A DNA stretch of 63,818 nucleotides, counting the filler, from Lama guanicoe (Eukaryota): NCBI GenBank assembly GCA_013239625.1. It is 82 parts of 78 records of this genome, joined end to end, with 100 filler letters (N's around TTAATTAATTAA, not from the genome) between each part and the next. Parts side by side here need not be neighbours in the genome. Positions count along the whole stretch, not along the records: positions 61,641 to 62,028 come from MU054232.1; positions 62,129 to 62,919 come from MU054232.1; positions 63,020 to 63,818 come from MU054233.1; 79 more parts are not named here. One strand, given 5' to 3'. The notes under the pieces are model-generated. The model was not told where the DNA came from and searched no databases. It saw only the letters and a program-made list of their open reading frames with translations. Position 1 is the first letter of the stretch, and each line of letters begins with the position of its first letter. This document shows positions 61,541 to 63,818 of this stretch, in pieces. A program made the translations under genes and the position numbers.

Positions 61541-62203
61541 NNNNNNNNNNNNNNNNNNNNNNNNNNNNNNNNNNNNNNNNNNNNTTAATTAATTAANNNN
61601 NNNNNNNNNNNNNNNNNNNNNNNNNNNNNNNNNNNNNNNNAAGCCAAGTTAATACGCTCCGGTATTTTCATGGGTTATGATGTCACAGAAGAGATGGACA
61701 GGTAAACAAGGAACCACTCTGCCGTGATCACGGAGCCGGAGAAACGGATGGGCTGCAAGATGTATGACGCAGCCACAACTGTGCCCGTGCTTCTAGGCAG
61801 GTACCCAAAGTCGCTTCGACAAGGTGTCAAACACTTGTGCCCACGTCCTCATCAACAGACATGTATTAAAGAGAAATGGAGACATATAGAAGACCAATAC
61901 AACTTTAATGTCTGATTTGATTGTTTTTCTCCGGGTTCACTTGTCCATTCCAAAGAGGCCTGAGCTAAGTCCATCCTCCGTAAGATCTATTCCCTACAGT
62001 GACAGCTCATTGAGCCTGTAATTTAATTNNNNNNNNNNNNNNNNNNNNNNNNNNNNNNNNNNNNNNNNNNNNTTAATTAATTAANNNNNNNNNNNNNNNN
62101 NNNNNNNNNNNNNNNNNNNNNNNNNNNNAGCTTCTTTGGAGAAGTCTGGTATTTCCTCAAAAGCTTAGAGTTATATGGCTCAGCAATTCCACTCCTATAT
62201 ATA

Positions 62204-62343
62204 GAGTCATCCCTCACTATCCTCAGGGGGTTGGTTTAAGGAATCCCCCACCCTGGATACCATAATCCAAGGATGCTCGAGTCCCTTTACAATCAGACAT
62301 CTAGATCCATGTAGTGGAAACTATAGATATGGTGGGCCAACTG
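62204..62343 (+). mobile_element. MER2-like (TcMar-Tigger) non-autonomous DNA transposon, internally deleted, nested in an old L1
   Basis: TA|GAGTCATCCCTCACTATCC...GGATACCATAATCCAAGGATGCTCGAGTCCC...GATATGGTGGGCCAACTG|TA. The termini are degenerate inverted repeats with TA on both sides. Confidence 0.75.
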
Positions 62344-62474
62344 TACTGCCAACCGAATGAAAACATATTCTCAGAAAAACTTTCACATCAATACTTATAG
62401 CAGTATCATTCAGAGTAGCCAAAAGTTACTAACAATATCCATCCATCAATGAATGGATAAACAAAATTACCAAG

Positions 62475-62919
62475 AATAGTCCAACAAACTTTTGGTCATT
62501 GAATCTTTGACAAAGGAGGTGAGAACATACAATGGAGTAAAGACAGCCTCTTCAGCAAATGGTGTAGGGAAAACTGAACAGCTGCATCTTAATCATTGAA
62601 GTTGGACTACTCCCTCACAGCATACACAAAAATGAATTCAAAATGTGTTAAAGACTTAAACATGTAGAAAAGACACTATAAACCTCTTAGAAGCAACAGC
62701 AAAACATGTGACATATATCTCAGCAATGTTTTCCTAGAGCAGTCTACTCAAGCAATAGAAATACAAGCAAAAATATACAAGTGGGATCTAATTAAACTTA
62801 CAAGCTTTTGCAAAGCTAAGGAAACAGTAAGCAAAACATAAAGACAACCAACCAATGGAATAGGAGAAAGTATTTGCAATAAATGAACTGACAAGGGCTT
62901 AATTTTCAGAATATGTAAA
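62475..62919 (+). mobile_element. LINE-1 ORF2 fragment (post-RT region)
   Basis: ATCTTTGACAAAGGAGG..AAGACAGCCTCTTCAGCAAATGGTG and GGGATCTAATTAAACT. Confidence 0.9.
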
Positions 62920-63049
62920 NNNNNNNNNNNNNNNNNNNNNNNNNNNNNNNNNNNNNNNNNNNNTTAATTAATTAANNNNNNNNNNNNNNNNNNNNNNNNN
63001 NNNNNNNNNNNNNNNNNNNGGGACAACCTTCATCCTGGAGACCTCACTC

Positions 63050-63330
63050 ACTATGGGGTCTGGTGACATGGGTGACATGCCTCTCTTCACTCAGCTGGCT
63101 AGCCTGTGTGTGTCCAACTGGCAGCAGCAGGATTCAATGAGGATGAGAAGGAGGGTGCAAGACCCATGGATCCTAGATTTAGAGCTGCCATACGTGACGT
63201 CCTCCATTTTCTGTTGGTCAAAGCAAGAGACAAGACCATCCCAGATTCAAGGGGTAGAAGAATAAACTCATTTCTTGCTGGAAGGAGCTGCTTTGGTGTG
63301 ATGCCACACGTCAAATAGCGGTGGATTAGG
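63050..63330 (-). mobile_element. Old MaLR LTR (MLT1-type) fragment
   Basis: CCATTTTCTGTTGGTCAAAGCAAG...CCCAGATTCAAGGGG...TCTTGCTGGAAGGAGCTG. Confidence 0.6.
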
Positions 63331-63619
63331 GAAGGGTAGGAAACTGTGCCCCCCCNNNNNNNNNNNNNNNNNNNNNNNNNNNNNNNNNNNNNNNNNNNNN
63401 NNNNNNNNNNNNNNNAGGTCCCTTTTGATTAAAAAGCTGCAACTTCAAGAACTAGAATGTGTGATGCACACAGAAATCTGTGAAGAAATGACTTTGCAGG
63501 AAGAATTTTCAGGAACACCACAATGAAGCATTGGCAGAGGCAAAAACAGTGAAATGAATCCTCCGATTTCCTCTTCACCTGATACTTAGAAACATGATTG
63601 ATTCTTTTTTTAATGGTCT

Positions 63620-63818
63620 ATGATTTTTTTTATTAAAGTATAATCAGTTTACAATGTTGCATCAATGTCTGATGTACAGCATAATAGTTCAGTTATACAT
63701 ATACATACGTATATTCCTTTTCATATTCTTTTCCTCTAGAGGTGACTACAAGACACTCAATAACGTTCTGTGTGCTGTACAGAAGAAACTTTTTATTTAT
63801 TTATTTTATATATACTAG
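63620..63818 (-). mobile_element. LINE-1 3' terminus
   Basis: TTTTTTTATTAAAGTATAATCAGTTTACAATGTTG...GTACAGCATAAT..TTCAGTTATACATATA. Confidence 0.85.

Noticed and set aside
528..62975. Identical TTAATTAATTAA repeats separating unique spacers (CRISPR-like or cassette-array-like pattern)
   Set aside because: Always centred in exactly 44+44 Ns. It is an assembly linker, and there are no cas or integrase genes.

Overview
This window is not one genomic locus. It is a string of about 82 small unplaced scaffolds (0.2-1.8 kb each) from a mammalian assembly, joined by an artificial 100-bp linker (N44-TTAATTAATTAA-N44, stops in all six frames; I count 81). Two Vic-1-like tRNA-derived SINEs point to a camelid (alpaca, llama or camel). 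Adjacency across a linker has no biological meaning, so I do not propose a multi-gene system. Most sequence is satellite DNA of four kinds: an (ATTCTAT)n-based heptamer satellite with 63/126-bp higher-order blocks, a 249-bp satellite, a 267-bp satellite with a diverged ~266-bp relative, and a 16-bp GC-rich repeat. The rest is LINE-1, LTR, MIR and MER2 fragments and several multi-copy non-TE segments. Recognisable gene fragments are a granzyme B/H-like gene (exons 2 and 4), an OR13G1-like pseudogene, an HSFY pseudogene and a gamma-type ERV env with one frameshift. The best leads are the nearly intact env, a possible shared origin of the 249/266/267-bp satellites, a multi-copy family with exon-like splice signals (46.8-60.4 kb) and an RFX X-box promoter candidate. 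Family names come from visual recognition; no database search was run.
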